Source: Antedon mediterranea | Taxonomy: Eukaryota > Animalia > Echinodermata | Direction: 5' to 3' | Length of the DNA stretch: 64,000 bases | Assembly: GCF_964355755.1 (NCBI RefSeq) | Contig: NC_092679.1 | Coordinates: 10,337,432-10,401,431 of the forward strand | Shown: in pieces, positions 1 through 13,483 of the stretch | Layout: each line of letters begins with the position of its first letter | Position numbering within the stretch: the first letter of the stretch is position 1 | The notes under the pieces: model-generated | Told to the model about the DNA's origin: nothing | What the model saw: only the letters and a program-made list of their open reading frames with translations | Databases searched by the model: none | Translations under genes and position numbers: made by a program

Positions 1-1424
1 AACTATTGATTGGTGTTAAAAAAGTATTTCAGAAAAATTAGGCTTAGGCCTATACATTTTTTATTACAAATATCGCATTGAAACTAATTTAATCTAACAC
101 TTGTTGTTTAAGTGTAGGCCTGTACGGTATCCATACACTTTATTAACATGGGTGTTCGAAAACTCCTTGAATTTAAACAGTATGTTATTTTGTTTTTTTA
201 CGCTTTGCTGGTCACGACATTTGTCACCTCTGCAAAATCCTGTAAAAGTATAAATGCTTGTACTATTAATAAAACAAATTTTCGTATGCCTATAGCATAG
301 TAGTTTACGATACAATGTTGTTTTAATTGTTAATTTTGAAACATATTTAATGCGGTTTTCATACCCTTTATAATTTGCTAAAACACGCGCAGTACATGTG
401 ATGACGGCTATTAATTCGCATGTTTATACATTTAGGAGCTTTTCTCTCTAATAATTTCTAATGTATTAATGTTACAACACTCGGCACCACTGCTTTGATT
501 ACATAATCAACTGATAACGCTGTTGATGTAGATTACAGACCCTTCCTGTAAACAAAGGGGTATTATGCGCAGCAATATTAAGTCCAGTCGATACTTCATT
601 CATTGTAATACTCTTACCGCTTTCACTAAGCGCCGTATTAATTTAGTTTTTGACTATTATTTAAGAATATTTTCAATAAATGTTTATGGTGCGTTTCGTG
701 TTAATATGTATATATAGGACTATACATTATAAACAAAAATATTACAATAGACACAGTACTAATAATAACAATATTTAATTTGTAAAGTTGCACCATAGGT
801 TGTTCAACCATAAGCCAATGGTTAAAAAACATAAAATACAGTAATAAAACTTCTTCCAACCATGAATAATGTGACTAGTTTACCTTTGAAATGAACTAAT
901 CTACAGAAAGTTTATTCTTGAATTAAAAATAATAAATAGGTTGTTATTATGTTTATATTATATCACGATGCTTAAAAAGTGATAATTCCAACGATACCAT
1001 GTAAAAAATTTTTATCTTCATATGTCATACCGGTACTTAATAATAATTGTTTGTAAATGAAGTTATTATGTTTGGTAGTAAGTAATCAAAACTAAAATGG
1101 ACAGTAGTCTGGATAGTTAAGAGTGCTTGTTGAGTTACAATGGCGAATACGTTATATAAGTAACTAGGTCTAAACAACAGAGAGAAACAAATATACAGCA
1201 CCAAGAATGCAAATAATCTTAAATGTTAGCTAACAAAACAGTAATAAAAGTTATTTTAATATGCAAATAAAACACATTTTTTTTCATTCCAAATGTATAA
1301 TCATTACAACTCCCTGATATCACAAATTTCAATTGGAAGGCACACGTCATTCCAAACGGATAGCACACTACTTCAATTGGATAGCACATCATTCCAAATG
1401 GATAGCACACTATTTCAATTGGGT

Positions 1425-1740
1425 ATAAAAAATACTTTCCGAATTTAAAAACATTTGAAACTTCTTTTATATGTTCAATATAGGTTGCTCTATTCACAGA
1501 AACAAAATTTCATTCATGAACGTATTTTGTTGGTTGTTTTTTTCAAAATCGTTATTATGTTTAAAAAATGCATTGGAATTGTATGGTCTTTCATAAGTGT
1601 ACATTTTGTAAAAACGTAAATTTAAAAAATCAGTAATATGGCTCGATAGTTATTTTTTTTTTGCAATATGGATGGAGCAACCTATATTGAACATTTATAC
1701 CAAGTATCAAATGTTTTTGAATACGAAAAATATTTTTATC
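1425..1740. repeat. Imperfect inverted repeat (probable DNA-transposon remnant)
   Basis: tgttcaatataggttgctc (~1472-1490) is the reverse complement of gagcaacctatattgaaca (~1675-1693); looser similarity extends ~60 bp outward. Confidence 0.5.
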
Positions 1741-4700
1741 GATGTTTTTTGTATTTGTTTTAAGCAAAATTCTATCCATAACCCTAATTTTTAATGTTCA
1801 ATGTGATATTTATTGAAGTGCTTTGAATACGTTGATGAAATTTGGAGGTATGAAACTTGGTTTGGAGTAGAATCAGCTTCCAGCATGAAATGTTAAAAAT
1901 ATGTTTATATTACTCATTAATTAATAATAATTATTAATAAATTAATTGAAAACTAGAGAGGGCGCTTTTCGACAAGAAAATGAATGTTTTTTTATTTGTG
2001 TTATTTTTCCGCTCGAATTCATTCAATGTACTTTAATATACACTGTTACATACTATTTTATTGGGAAGCCTATTCGCTTCTTTTCTTCAGAAAACATCTA
2101 ATTTAGGTCTTAAAGTCACAAAAATACACCTCACATCACCAACCTCAAACACACCAGATTCTACCAACACACACTTCATCTCCTGAACTAACATAGTACA
2201 GTATAAGTCAAATTAAATGTTTTAAATTTTTTTATTGAAATCAATCTTCTGCAAAAAATATTATAATAGTAACAATAACAGAAAGGTTGATAGGTATTTT
2301 AATATTTTTTAAACTTAAAAAGGTAAAAAAAATACTGAATAAATGTTTATACATACATTATAAATGAAATAAAATAACTACTATTTTAGTAATGCATACA
2401 CAAGTACAGAATATCAGAAATCAAAGAATTATGTGTCTAAATATGGCATTATTAGGCTAATTTGCTTTGAGAAAAACAATGCCATTGGCCTATACAAAAT
2501 ATCAATGCAATTAGACAAAATAGTTACATAAACAATTAATACTATATTGGTAGGCATAAAATAATAGTGTATATAAACTTTCCTTAAATATAAACAGTAT
2601 AGGGCCTTACCAATTTATTTAATACATAATATATGAACTATATTACACAAAAGAAATTTAAATGAATTTAATATTATGTTCATATTATTATATTATATCA
2701 GAGATTTTCAAAAACATAGTTTGGTAACATTTAGTTTCTGTTTCAGACCTTTAATATTTAGAAATAACCTATAATAATTATAAAACATTCTTGTTTTCAA
2801 TGCCATTATGCGGTTAAAAACAAGTACAGCAGCATGCATATGTAGATACAGTACACCTATATATTGTGAGAACATAATTTCAATAATTTCTTTGTTAGTT
2901 ATCAACCTAGGGGTTAAATTATTAGGAAAACATTGGTTTATTTTTTATATGTGTACAGAAATTCGTTCTTCTAGCCTCAGATCATTCCTGAAGTTAGACA
3001 TAAATCACATAAATTAGTATTAAGTAATGGATGAAGTACAGTACAAACATGTTTCAGGAGGATACTTTATGTTAAAGGTGATAATTAGTTTAAATGTTAC
3101 CCCAATGAAATTTATTCAATTACCAGGTTGAAGTAGTATGGTGGAAACACTACTATATGTACTCTAGGGTCGTGTTCGTACGGTGGTTAAAATAAGCGCT
3201 TAATTTCACCCATGCCTCGGGTTATAAATTGAGCGTTGTTCGTACTTGAAATATTTAACCGCTTAAATGCTTAATCGACGAATCACAAACCGGAAATTAC
3301 GTTTTAAGGTCAGTTGTCTTTACAACCTACGACCCCATTTTCGCACGCTAGTTTCGTGTTGTATATTTTTTACTCGCGATCTTTCTTTACAATAACAATT
3401 ACTTGCTACCTTTTACACTGCTTATCCTTGCGACAAACCTTATGCCTCTTAACGCCGATAATCCTGCCGAAATATGCCTTCTCCTGACGACCATTATTTT
3501 ACTCATTGACGAAGAATTTGAGCCCAATGTTACACGACGGAAACACCACCGACCAGCGGCTCCCCGACCAGCTAGGCCTACTAAGCGGTCTACACCAACA
3601 AGGACAGCACCAGCTGACGATCGCTCTCGAAGCGTGTATGGAAGAGCTTCGTAGGAGAAATGACGGGCCTAGGCAGCGAACGTTTGTCAAAATTTGACAC
3701 ATTGCCTCTATCGGAGATTTATTATCCTCGAAGGCCGAGTATAATTGGATTATCGCTGAAATAACCTGCAAATTTGGTGAACATTTTACCTCGAATTTTT
3801 TGTAGCCTGAGGCAAAAGTTAATTGGATCACGCGAACGGAAATCGGGAATAAGCTGGTATTTTCAACCCCTACGAACAGGCCCATGTAGAACACAGTCAG
3901 TTCTACCAAGGTTAGAGGTGGGCCGGGTGCCAACATTTGAGATAAGTGGAAACATGACCTTTTCAATAGTAAATTCATTACCAGCATTATAAATAAAATG
4001 TTAAAAAGATGAGAATGCAAGGAAATATTAGATTCATAGTCCTCATTATGCACAATGGTTTTCTACTATCACATTATTAAAATATAAAACAATCATATAG
4101 CCTTTAATGAATTTACATGGAGGTCTATCCAAATAAATTTAAATAAAAGGGTCGTAATATGTCTTTGTCTCCAGTTCGTGGAAAATGAACAAAAAATATT
4201 CAAAATATCCTGCCAGTTTGCGTTCAGTACAACCTGCTTAGTTTTTAATACGAGTACTGCTTTCTATACACATAACTTTGATTTCTGCAAAAAAAAAAAA
4301 ATCTCTGTAATAATGTACTTTTTAATTACTGTAATAATCTAGGCGTAGATTATGTTGACCAGGCCAGTGAGAGGACGATCGACTGTACAGTACTAACATA
4401 AGTCCTCTAGGTGGATACAACTTATTTCTTGTCTACAAAGTGTACAGTAGTATGCTTAATAGTACTATTATTAGATTAGGTAGTTGGAGTAGTTTGGAGA
4501 GATACATCTATTTATAAGAGAGTACTTTATATTTATAGATATAATACCAATAGGTACCATGTATTGGGATGCAATTCAACAGTTATGAATAAAACAAACA
4601 ACAAAAAACTCTGTATGCTTTTTTCTAGCTGTGAAATAAATTTTGGGTGATTATTCCAGTATTTACAGTCTAAATTTGATCTTTATGCACCAATAGGCAT

Positions 4701-5555
4701 AAATGATTTTTAAATTAACCGGTATAAAAGCAAATTAGAAGCCATACATACTCTGTATGTTAGAGGAAATAAGCATAAGAGCAAATAAAGCCTTGACCAC
4801 AGGATGGAATCAGTAGTACACGACTGTACTTACGTGTGGGCTAGGAATGATGGTAGTGCCAGTATACAGTGTAATTTAGCCTAAAGGCAATACCATGTAG
4901 CTGCATTAGCTTGCAGAAATACAGTAGACAGTTCATGAGACTTGGTGTGTGATGATTCAGTATGATAATTTGTGCTGTGAAAAAAAAAATATTGTAAAAT
5001 ATAACAAGGAAGTTATACTATAGTTACTATAATTAAGGGGTAACCGTAAAATATATAATAATAATAATAATAAATGCAATGGGAATTACTAATATTATGT
5101 AAACAATACAATATTAAGTTAAATTCATAGGCCGATATTATTTTATTATTATAAGGAAATCTGTTTTTGAATGAGAAAAAGCTGTCCCAACCCAGATTTG
5201 AACCCAGTATCAATAAAGCTATAAACAGAATAGACCATTATTGTAGCCGGAATTTAGCGTAGACCTACTCGAGGCCTAGTAAGATTAGCTAGAAGAATAC
5301 AGGTCAACCCGCAATTCCAACTGGTAACTAAATTTTGGTATATTCGTACCCAAAATGTTGGCTCGCACTCTAGCAATCATCAAGGGCTGGCTCGTACTCT
5401 TCATGGGCTGACCAGTATCCATGTTTAATGCTATTAAAAGTTTTGGTACAGGTTAGCCAAAGTTGGTACGATTTGACCAATTATTTGAGTACAGGTTAGC
5501 CAAATTGGGTACGAGTTGGCATGGGTAGGTTGACCAGCACCCTAGAAAATGATAA

Positions 5556-6165
5556 CAGGGGCGCAGCCAGTGGGGGGTCACGGGGTCCTGACCCCCCCCC
5601 CCCTTTTTTTTTAGAAAAAATAAATAAAAACATGAGACAACAATACAGATCAAATCATCCTGGAGATACTGTGGAAGATTACTACCGAGCAGTATTACCA
5701 AATCAACTTCTTGATCATTTACAAACCGAGTTAAAAACCCGTTTTTCTACCGATAACCGGCCATGCTTTAAAATATTTGGCGTAGCACCCGAGTCTATCG
5801 TGAAGTGTAATGTTGAAGAAGTCTTCAAGGAACTTGAATTTGGTACGATGATCTGCCAAGACACGAACATCTTCATTCCGAGCTTCAGTGATGGAAGCGA
5901 CTGTGTAAAATTAGCGGATCCAGATGTGTTCCCGAATGTGCGTGCACTTCTTCTAATCGCGTAGGCCTATGCCCGTAACGTCTGCTGAAGCTGAGCGGAG
6001 TTTTTCGACTTTGTGGAGAACGAAAACCTGTTTGCGAAATCACATGTCTTATGAGTAGCTTTCGGGATTGTGCCTCATGAACATACACTTTAACATAAAC
6101 ATTAATACAGAGAATGTCATTCGCGAATTCTGTCTCCAAGCCAAGAAGAATGTTCCAAACTTATG
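5556..6165 (+). mobile_element. Internally deleted hAT transposon: left end plus degraded C-terminal transposase (THAP12/P52rIPK-like, hATC dimerisation region)
   Basis: CAGGGGCGCAGCC terminus at 5556; translation QQYRSNHPGDTVEDYYR..LLDHLQTELKTRFS..FPNVRALLLIA, then frameshifted PVTSAEAERSFSTL..KTCLRNHM..LSGLCLMNIH. Confidence 0.8.
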
Positions 6166-6924
6166 ATGCATCACGCGATGTCTAGAGCGCCGTTATAGTA
6201 ACTGTCACACAGCCGCAATTACGGCTCTTTCGGACATGTAATATCTGGTAACCACCGGTAAACAACGGTAAATAGCCACAACTGTACACATATAAATGTA
6301 AAAAGTAAATTTAATAATAATCTTTGACAAACAACTCTTCCTTCTATACTCCAAACCCCCCCTAAAAAAAAAACCACAAAAAAAAAACCCCAAGCAATTC
6401 TCAAACAATGATACAGTATCCCTATTCCCACACAATTTATACACTTTCCCAAATTCCCAATCCTTCCAGACAAAATATCGACAATCTTCTTATTGTCAAA
6501 TAAATCCCAGAAACCCCCCCTTACAAATACAATAATATCACAAGATGAATAATTAAACAATAATAAATGTCCACAATATCGTTCCTTCTTGCCTTTTCTC
6601 CTACGCTGACACAAAACAAATTCGAAAGATAAAAGTTAAAACAATTCTGCAACTAAACAACTCCCACGCCTCTGCTCCCGTTCTGCTTGTATTCCCAATT
6701 AAAATTCTTCTCAAACTGCAACTATTTTCTGACATATAAATAAATGAAATATAAAGTTAAAGTGTTTCTTGATGTCCTTCTGCACTGCAATCCGCTCCCC
6801 GATCAATTATTTCTTTCTCCTTTTCCACGTAACGTAATATCAGTATAAATAAAGTCAGTCTTCGATACTTTCAACAATTCTTTAAAAGCAATTAATTCTG
6901 CTATTTCCAACAGTTATTATTCGA

Positions 6925-7200
6925 TTTATTAACTTCCTGTATATCACTTTATTTCATTTCTGCTCCAGCTCTATATCACCATAATTATTTCCAACTCACA
7001 ATTTATTAACTTCATGTATATCACCTTATTTCATTTCTGCTTCAGCTCTATATCACCATAATTATTTCCAACTCACAATTTACTAACTTCATGTATATCA
7101 CCTTATTTCCTTTCCGCTTCAGCTCTATATCCCCATACTTCTTTCCAACCCACAATTTATTAACTTCATATATATCACTTTACTTCCTTTCTGCTTCAAC
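6925..7200. repeat. ~77-bp tandem repeat, 3-4 copies
   Basis: atttattaacttcatgtatatcacc...ccaactcaca recurs at 7001 and 7078 and in flanking degenerate copies. Confidence 0.75.
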
Positions 7201-7966
7201 ATAACATAACCCTCCTTCTCTGTCTCCTCTCCATTTTCCTCTCCCTCTCAACCTTCCCTCAATTGCACACATACCACCACCTTATCCTTCTCAACCAATC
7301 AGCAACTCACACACCAACTCAACTCTTACACCTCTCCTCCAATCAGCAACCTCCACACACTCCTTCTCTGCACACAAACACTCTGCTCCACTGGCTTCAA
7401 ACAATAGTTTCCTAAAACAAAAGAAAGGTTCAAATAATGAAAACAAAAGGAAAAGTAAGAACATGGAGTAAACTCCATGGTAAGAATGACTTGCACAACA
7501 AATACAAAACTTATGTCACTTGTAACGTAAAATGTATGATAATAATTTAGAAGTTAGTTATTACAATTATGTATAAGCTATCACCTATACTATACATTCG
7601 AACAAAATAGTTATATTTTTAAACAAAATATTGTATGTACTGGGTATGATAAGCGTCTCACATACACACGGAGCCAAGATAGCTTCTTGGACTTGCACAG
7701 TGTATGAACTCTAACCTTACGGTTCTCATTTAATAATATCACTCCATGTTCAAATAATTCCTCCTCTGAGTTTACAGCCTCTCTACACAAATCAACAAAC
7801 AAGCAAGAAAAACAGTGTTTATCTGTGGCAGCCTGGAATATAAAAATGTTATGGTAATGAGTCAACCACTGGGAAATCCAGATTAGCACGGGCAGATTCT
7901 GACACCGATTCTTGACTTTTCTTCTTTCTTGTCAATTCACTTGTTGGTGTGACAGGGTTAGGCATT

Positions 7967-9521
7967 TCACCCTTGTCTTGTGGTCTCTAGTTGTTCCATG
8001 ATAATACATGGGTCTGCTACAGGAAGCATGTCCGATGTTGGTGAAGAGTGAGATGCCAAAAGTTGGAGTTCATCGGATGTGCCAGGAAGTCTGTTTTTAC
8101 CTTGCCGCCCTGCAGCCTTCATCATGGTAAGAGATTTCCCATTGGGCACGTCCTCTTCTCCAATTGATGACTCCGCTTTCGGCCTACTCCAGATTTCAGA
8201 AGCTTGATAATGGTTTTCGGCTTCATCTTCGTGTGAGGATATGTGATGATGGGTTGAGCTACAGAGAGTATAAGTCATAGACCTAGTACGGGGCATTAAA
8301 TCATTTCTGACTTTTCTCCCATGCTCTCTGTACAACCCTTTGCGGCGACAGTCAAACCTCCTATATTTTTCAAGAGCTTCGGTGATAGTAGCACAATGTT
8401 TCCGTGAAACATACTCACCAGCATCCTTGTCGTGACACCCAGTGCAGAACCATTCCACCTGTAGCTTTTGCACTCTAGATCTAGGTAGATCACTACAGGC
8501 TCTCTCGGTTACCGTCATGACTCTACGTCCCCATTTTTCTATAGTTTCGTGTCGTTCCTGTTTTAGAGACCGCTCACCGTCTCCGAAGCGTACACTGAGG
8601 ACATCCATCATCTCTTTGAAGTCTAATGTTGGCTCCATCCTTAAAAGATTGGTTAAGAACTTCGCCGCAGGTCCCTCCATACACCAAAAAAGGGCATTGT
8701 TACTATCCCCGGTGGTAAGGTTCTGCGCCTTTGCGAAAGATCTGAACCGTTTCTTAAAAGGATACCAGTCATCATCCCAGCCATTAAAAGTTAGAGACTT
8801 GGGAATGTCTTTTTGTCTCAATAGTTTTTGTGATCGTTGGGAATGCCTATGCGAGTGTCGTCTTCTAGATTGAACACTCGTAGAATATTTACCATAAGCC
8901 CTATCCTGATCACTATCTTCGTCACTTGTACAACTCTCATCATTACTAGAGCTGGAGTCCATAAGACTAGAGCTACTAGAAGAGTCACTGAAACAATCCT
9001 CTGTCAGTAATCTACAAAGCTTAGACACAGATCTAGTTTTTGAGGTTTTACTACCTTTAGTGCAATGGTGACCCCGTACATTAAGACTAGAGTCTAAAGC
9101 TAACTAACAGTTCAGATATTGGTTGACATTCTGCTTTGGTTGCATACCTATAGTGAGTATTCCTACAACCTGAATCTGTCTTTTCTCTGTGGTCAGAACT
9201 AGGTTGGTTGGTACTGGTGTGTCTCCATGAGAAACTACCACCAGGTAAATCACCAGAATAAGTTCCAAATGGAACTTGTGCTGCATGGAACAGCTGAGGA
9301 GTGCTAGTGTTCTGAACCCAACTACTCACTAATTGAGGATTTGGTGTGAAATCCCAGCGAGTCGTTTTGGATGACAAGCACTTGATTCCAGTTAAATATT
9401 CTAAGTCACAGGGTCTAATATTTCCAAATTTGGACCTCCAAACAGTAATTTTCCTAGCTCTCTTTCCTAGTAGATGGACGAGATCCGGCTCTGTCCAGAA
9501 ATTTATTGCAACATGAGGCAT
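7967..9521 (-). pseudogene. Gypsy-like gag gene, split into ORFs 9087-9521 and 7967-9028
   Basis: IPKSLTFNGWDDDWYPFKKRFRSFA..LFWCMEGPAAKF..LSVRFG..QERHETIEKWGRRV..FCTGC resembles invertebrate Gypsy gag capsid; lies downstream of an LTR and PBS; no pol seen. Confidence 0.7.
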
Positions 9522-10738
9522 TCTTTAAAACATACGATACACTTAAAAGTAGAAAAGTATTGCCAGAGGTCAAAGACTTTCATTAAAATGTATCTAAATG
9601 TATGTTTTGCCACTAGTACTTATCCGGTTTAAGATGAATACTGTGTATAAACTAGGAATGTAAAATGTCATAAAATACCAATGCCTGTAATATTAGAATG
9701 GGCATAAAACTATTAAAACATTTGTGATACATTCACCAATTGCACAGCATTCAAATGATGACGATACTTCAAATCCAGATCTCGGTAATGCTCAACGAAC
9801 ACTGATCACCAGACCACTCCCCTCCACAGAAAGGCAGTGATAATCAGCGTGTGAAGTTGAAGTCACAAATCACGTGAACAGTCTTCAAGCTTTCCAGAAG
9901 AAAACAGACTGGCACGGAGTAAAAGTTGTAAGTAACACTTTACGATCTTCAGTGTGGTAAAACTAGCTGCAGTGTGAGATAACAGATTTTATTTAGCATA
10001 GAATACAATATGGATTAAAATACTGATAGACGTAGTAATAAATACAAGCACACCAGTATAATAAAATATCGTCAATGCAATAACACGCACACAAATATTG
10101 CAAAATGGCAGCTGGCGATACAAATACAGTTAAAATATTGCACCAGCAAACCTGCAATAACAAGCAACTAGATTAATAAAAAGACGTCGATACAGTTTAA
10201 CAACACTTACCACTAAACCTTCCCCCGATGCAAAGAAAGGAAAGCGGTAATGCCACTGTGAAGTTAACACAATATATTACACACAGCCAGTATAATTTCT
10301 CAAGATGAAAAACCTGACTGATGGACGAAAAAGATGTTATCAATAAAAAACAATCAAAGTTAAAATTAGTGGTGCCACTCAGTTCAACGGCCACGCCTAG
10401 TATCCCACCAGGTGATACGGCCTAGTAAACTGCCCACTAATCCTTCAACTATAGCAAAATATTAATACAACTCCCGGTACGCATCGACTACCCTGTCGAT
10501 ACGCTAATCAGCAAGTATCCAAATGCCACAATACTGCGTGATTAACTTTATTACCGGTATGTTATACCTTCAATAAATATACCAACTTCAATAAACTAAC
10601 AAATGCACCGTAAGTACAATAAGTTAATAGTTTCAGCAGAGGACGAAATACCTCGCAATCAACCCGATCACGTTAAGAATGCCAGCTGGCAATCAAGGCA
10701 CCCGCCTCCCCACCAAAAAAAAAGATTACCGAGCTTTT

Positions 10739-10751
10739 GCTCGCAGCGCCA
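10739..10751 (-). promoter_or_regulatory. Primer-binding site, tRNA-Ser-like
   Basis: Minus strand TGGCGCTGCGAGC, 1 nt after the LTR end ..ACA; complementary to a tRNA 3' end GCUCGCAGCG-CCA. Confidence 0.75.
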
Positions 10752-10752
10752 A

Positions 10753-11058
10753 TGTTGTGATTTTAGGCTAGCACTGAAATGGCCTACTAAAGCAAGCAAA
10801 TACACTCACCTTATTCAGTCCCGCAGTACCTAAACCACTACAGAGACTCAATGTCCAGTACCACTCTTAGCTAGGGTAAATACTGTTTATAGTACAGGGT
10901 ACTGTTATGCATCAAGCATGTTTCCTACATGGGGTCCAGACATCAAGTGAGCTAACTAGCCTATCCTGGTGGGGTCAGCCATGCATTTCAACCAGCTGAT
11001 TTACATGCAAATGAGCAAACTGGACAGGGTATTCAAGCGTGAGACCCCTTTCACAACA
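10753..11058 (-). mobile_element. 5' LTR (306 bp) of the Gypsy-like element
   Basis: Termini TGTTGTGA...TCACAACA (inverted, TG..CA) next to the PBS; no matching 3' LTR found in the window. Confidence 0.75.
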
Positions 11059-13260
11059 CTAGTTTCCTTTTGCACCTGCCTTCTATTTTAACCAACTTTA
11101 TCCTGAATACCACAGCTTAGAATTAGTAGGCCTACTTTAATGAAGAAAAATCACATAAAAGTAACAATAAATCCATTAAATTGGTGATTTTACAGACGTT
11201 GTTTTTCTCGCATTTCGCACACTCAATGTTCAATATTTTGGTTTCTATGGAACGCCAAAAGAGCAAAATTAATTAGAGGGCTAAAAACTCTGTGGAATCC
11301 ATTTATATTTAACGCATTATTTGGTGAAAATCAAGTACAATTTCAAGGGTGTCACGAAACCTAAGACCACGAAAGCTAAGACCCCCTAAGACCTAAGATC
11401 ACGAAAGCTAAGACCCAAGACCTAAGATTACAAATATTTATCTTTCGCACCTGCCTTGTATTTTAACTCCCAACATTTATTCTGAATACCACACCTTAGA
11501 ATTGGCACTTTTATGAAAAAGAATCACATAAAAAGTAACAAATACATTTTTAAATTTATGATTTTACAGACGTTTTTCTCGCACACAAACTGTTTGCGAA
11601 TTTCGCATGACTAGCCTACAGTACGGGTGTCACGAAACCTAAGACCACGAAAGCTAAGACCCCCTAAGACCTAAGATCACGAAAGCTAAGACCCAACACC
11701 TAAGATTACAAATATTTATCTTTCTCACCTGCCTTGTATTTTAACTCCAAACATTTATTCTGAATACCACACCTTAGAATTGGCACTTTCATAAGAAAGA
11801 ATCACATAAAAAGTAACAAATACATTTTTAAATTGATGATTTTACAGACGTTTTTATCGCACACAAAATGACTAGCCTACAGTACAGTAGGCCTACCCCA
11901 TGTTCAATGTTTTTGTTTCTATGGAATGTCAAAAGAGCAAAAATTATATAGAGGGCTGAAAACTCTGTGGAGTCCATCTACAGTGTGGATGGAACAATGT
12001 AAAATTAAAATTGTAATGATAATAGTATAATCATGCAAGTACGAAGAAATAAATACTGGCAAATAAATTTTAATTTAAAAATCATGATAAGTTTTTTTGT
12101 TTCGTTTTCTTTCTGTTTTTATACTTGTACTATTATTGTTGCTCTTTTGGCGCTCCATAGAAACAAAAACATTGAGCAGGGGAGCTCGACGAGTTACATT
12201 ACAGTATACAAAGAAACACATCTGTAAAATCATCAATTTAAAGGATTTATTTATTTGTTATTATGTGTTTCTCCTTCTGAAAGTACTTATAAGTCCTAAT
12301 TTTAAAGTGTGGTGTTCAGGATAAAGTTAGTCAACCAATTTGGAGTCAAAATACAAGAAAGGCAGGTGCGTAAGAAAAACATCCTCTGCACCAACACAAT
12401 GGAGTAAATATATACCAACAAACAACCCGTCAAGTTTGTTTGTTGTAAAGAAAAAATATACATTTACTCAACGGGCGAAAATAATGTGAGTTTATCTATG
12501 TTTTGCGGTAGTATTAAATTATATTTATGGGAATAAATTAAACCTACTGTGTTTAAAATTATGTATGGATAAACAAGTATTGTTTTTAAGCTGTAGTATA
12601 TCTTAGTATTTGTAATCTTAGGTGTTGGGTCTTAGCTTTCGTGATCTTAGGTCTTAGGGGGTCTTAGCTTTCGTGGTCTTAGGTTTCGTGACACCCACAA
12701 TTTCAATAGATTTTGTCACTGTCAGTAAGGAAAAATGTTACTGTTCACCGGTGTACTGTTGATAATGTACACGGTTTCGGTAGCCTTTTAAAGAATAAAA
12801 TAGAAAAATTCATCATAATATCCTTAGTAGGATGTCCTAGGTCTAGACTAGGTAGTGATGTTGATTTAGGATCGATTATTATTCTTTGAAAACAGAACAG
12901 TATCAGCAGTAACATATTACAGCATTTTTATTGACAAATTAACAAATATATTGAAATAAAACGTGTTTTTCACCAATAAATGCATGAGAAATTGACGCAT
13001 TCCACTGAGTTTTAGTCCTCTATTATCGTTGCTCTTTTGGCGCTCCATAGAAACAAAAATATTGAACATTGGATAAGTGAAATTCGCGAACAGTGTGCGA
13101 GAAACACGCCTGTAAAATCATTAATTTAAGGATTTATTTGTTACTTTTTATGTGATTCTTTCATTAAAGTACTCATGAGGTATACTTCTAAGGTGTGGTA
13201 TTCACACGATAAAGTTAGTTATCAAATTTGGAGTAAAAATACAAGCGAAAGAAACTAGCG
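11059..13260. mobile_element. Foldback/MITE with ~280-bp imperfect arms, interrupted by a MULE MITE
   Basis: 11060-11330 is the reverse complement of ~12960-13257 (gtttctatggaacgccaaaagagcaa / ttgctcttttggcgctccatagaaac). Confidence 0.6.
11347..12696. mobile_element. Mutator-like (MULE) MITE, copy 1, with internal duplication of its left ~280 bp
   Basis: TIR GGGTGTCACGAAACCTAAGACC.. at both ends; 10-bp TSD ACAATTTCAA; second left end at 11626. Confidence 0.9.
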
Positions 13261-13483
13261 CCAGGTTTATTAGTACGTACATGGACAACAATAAATAAAA
13301 ATCGTTCGTAATATACATAGCTTACTAAAACAGGAATAGTGTATCATTATTAATATTACACCAATTATTATTATATCAAAATTGATTAAATTATTTTCTA
13401 CATAGGCCTCTTATCTAGGTTAGGGCTAAGCATATTAGCTAAAGTTTAATTTTAGACCTAGTATTACAATTGTCGGACGTAAG

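Noticed and set aside
3165-4053. GC-richer patch with ORFs 3403-3654 and 3499-4053
   Set aside because: Possibly a transposon remnant, but no recognisable motif or paired terminus
6203-7954. TGTCACAC...GTGTGACA as a solo LTR
   Set aside because: No TSD, and the right motif lies in apparent gag-continuing sequence; 6203-7400 is left unassigned
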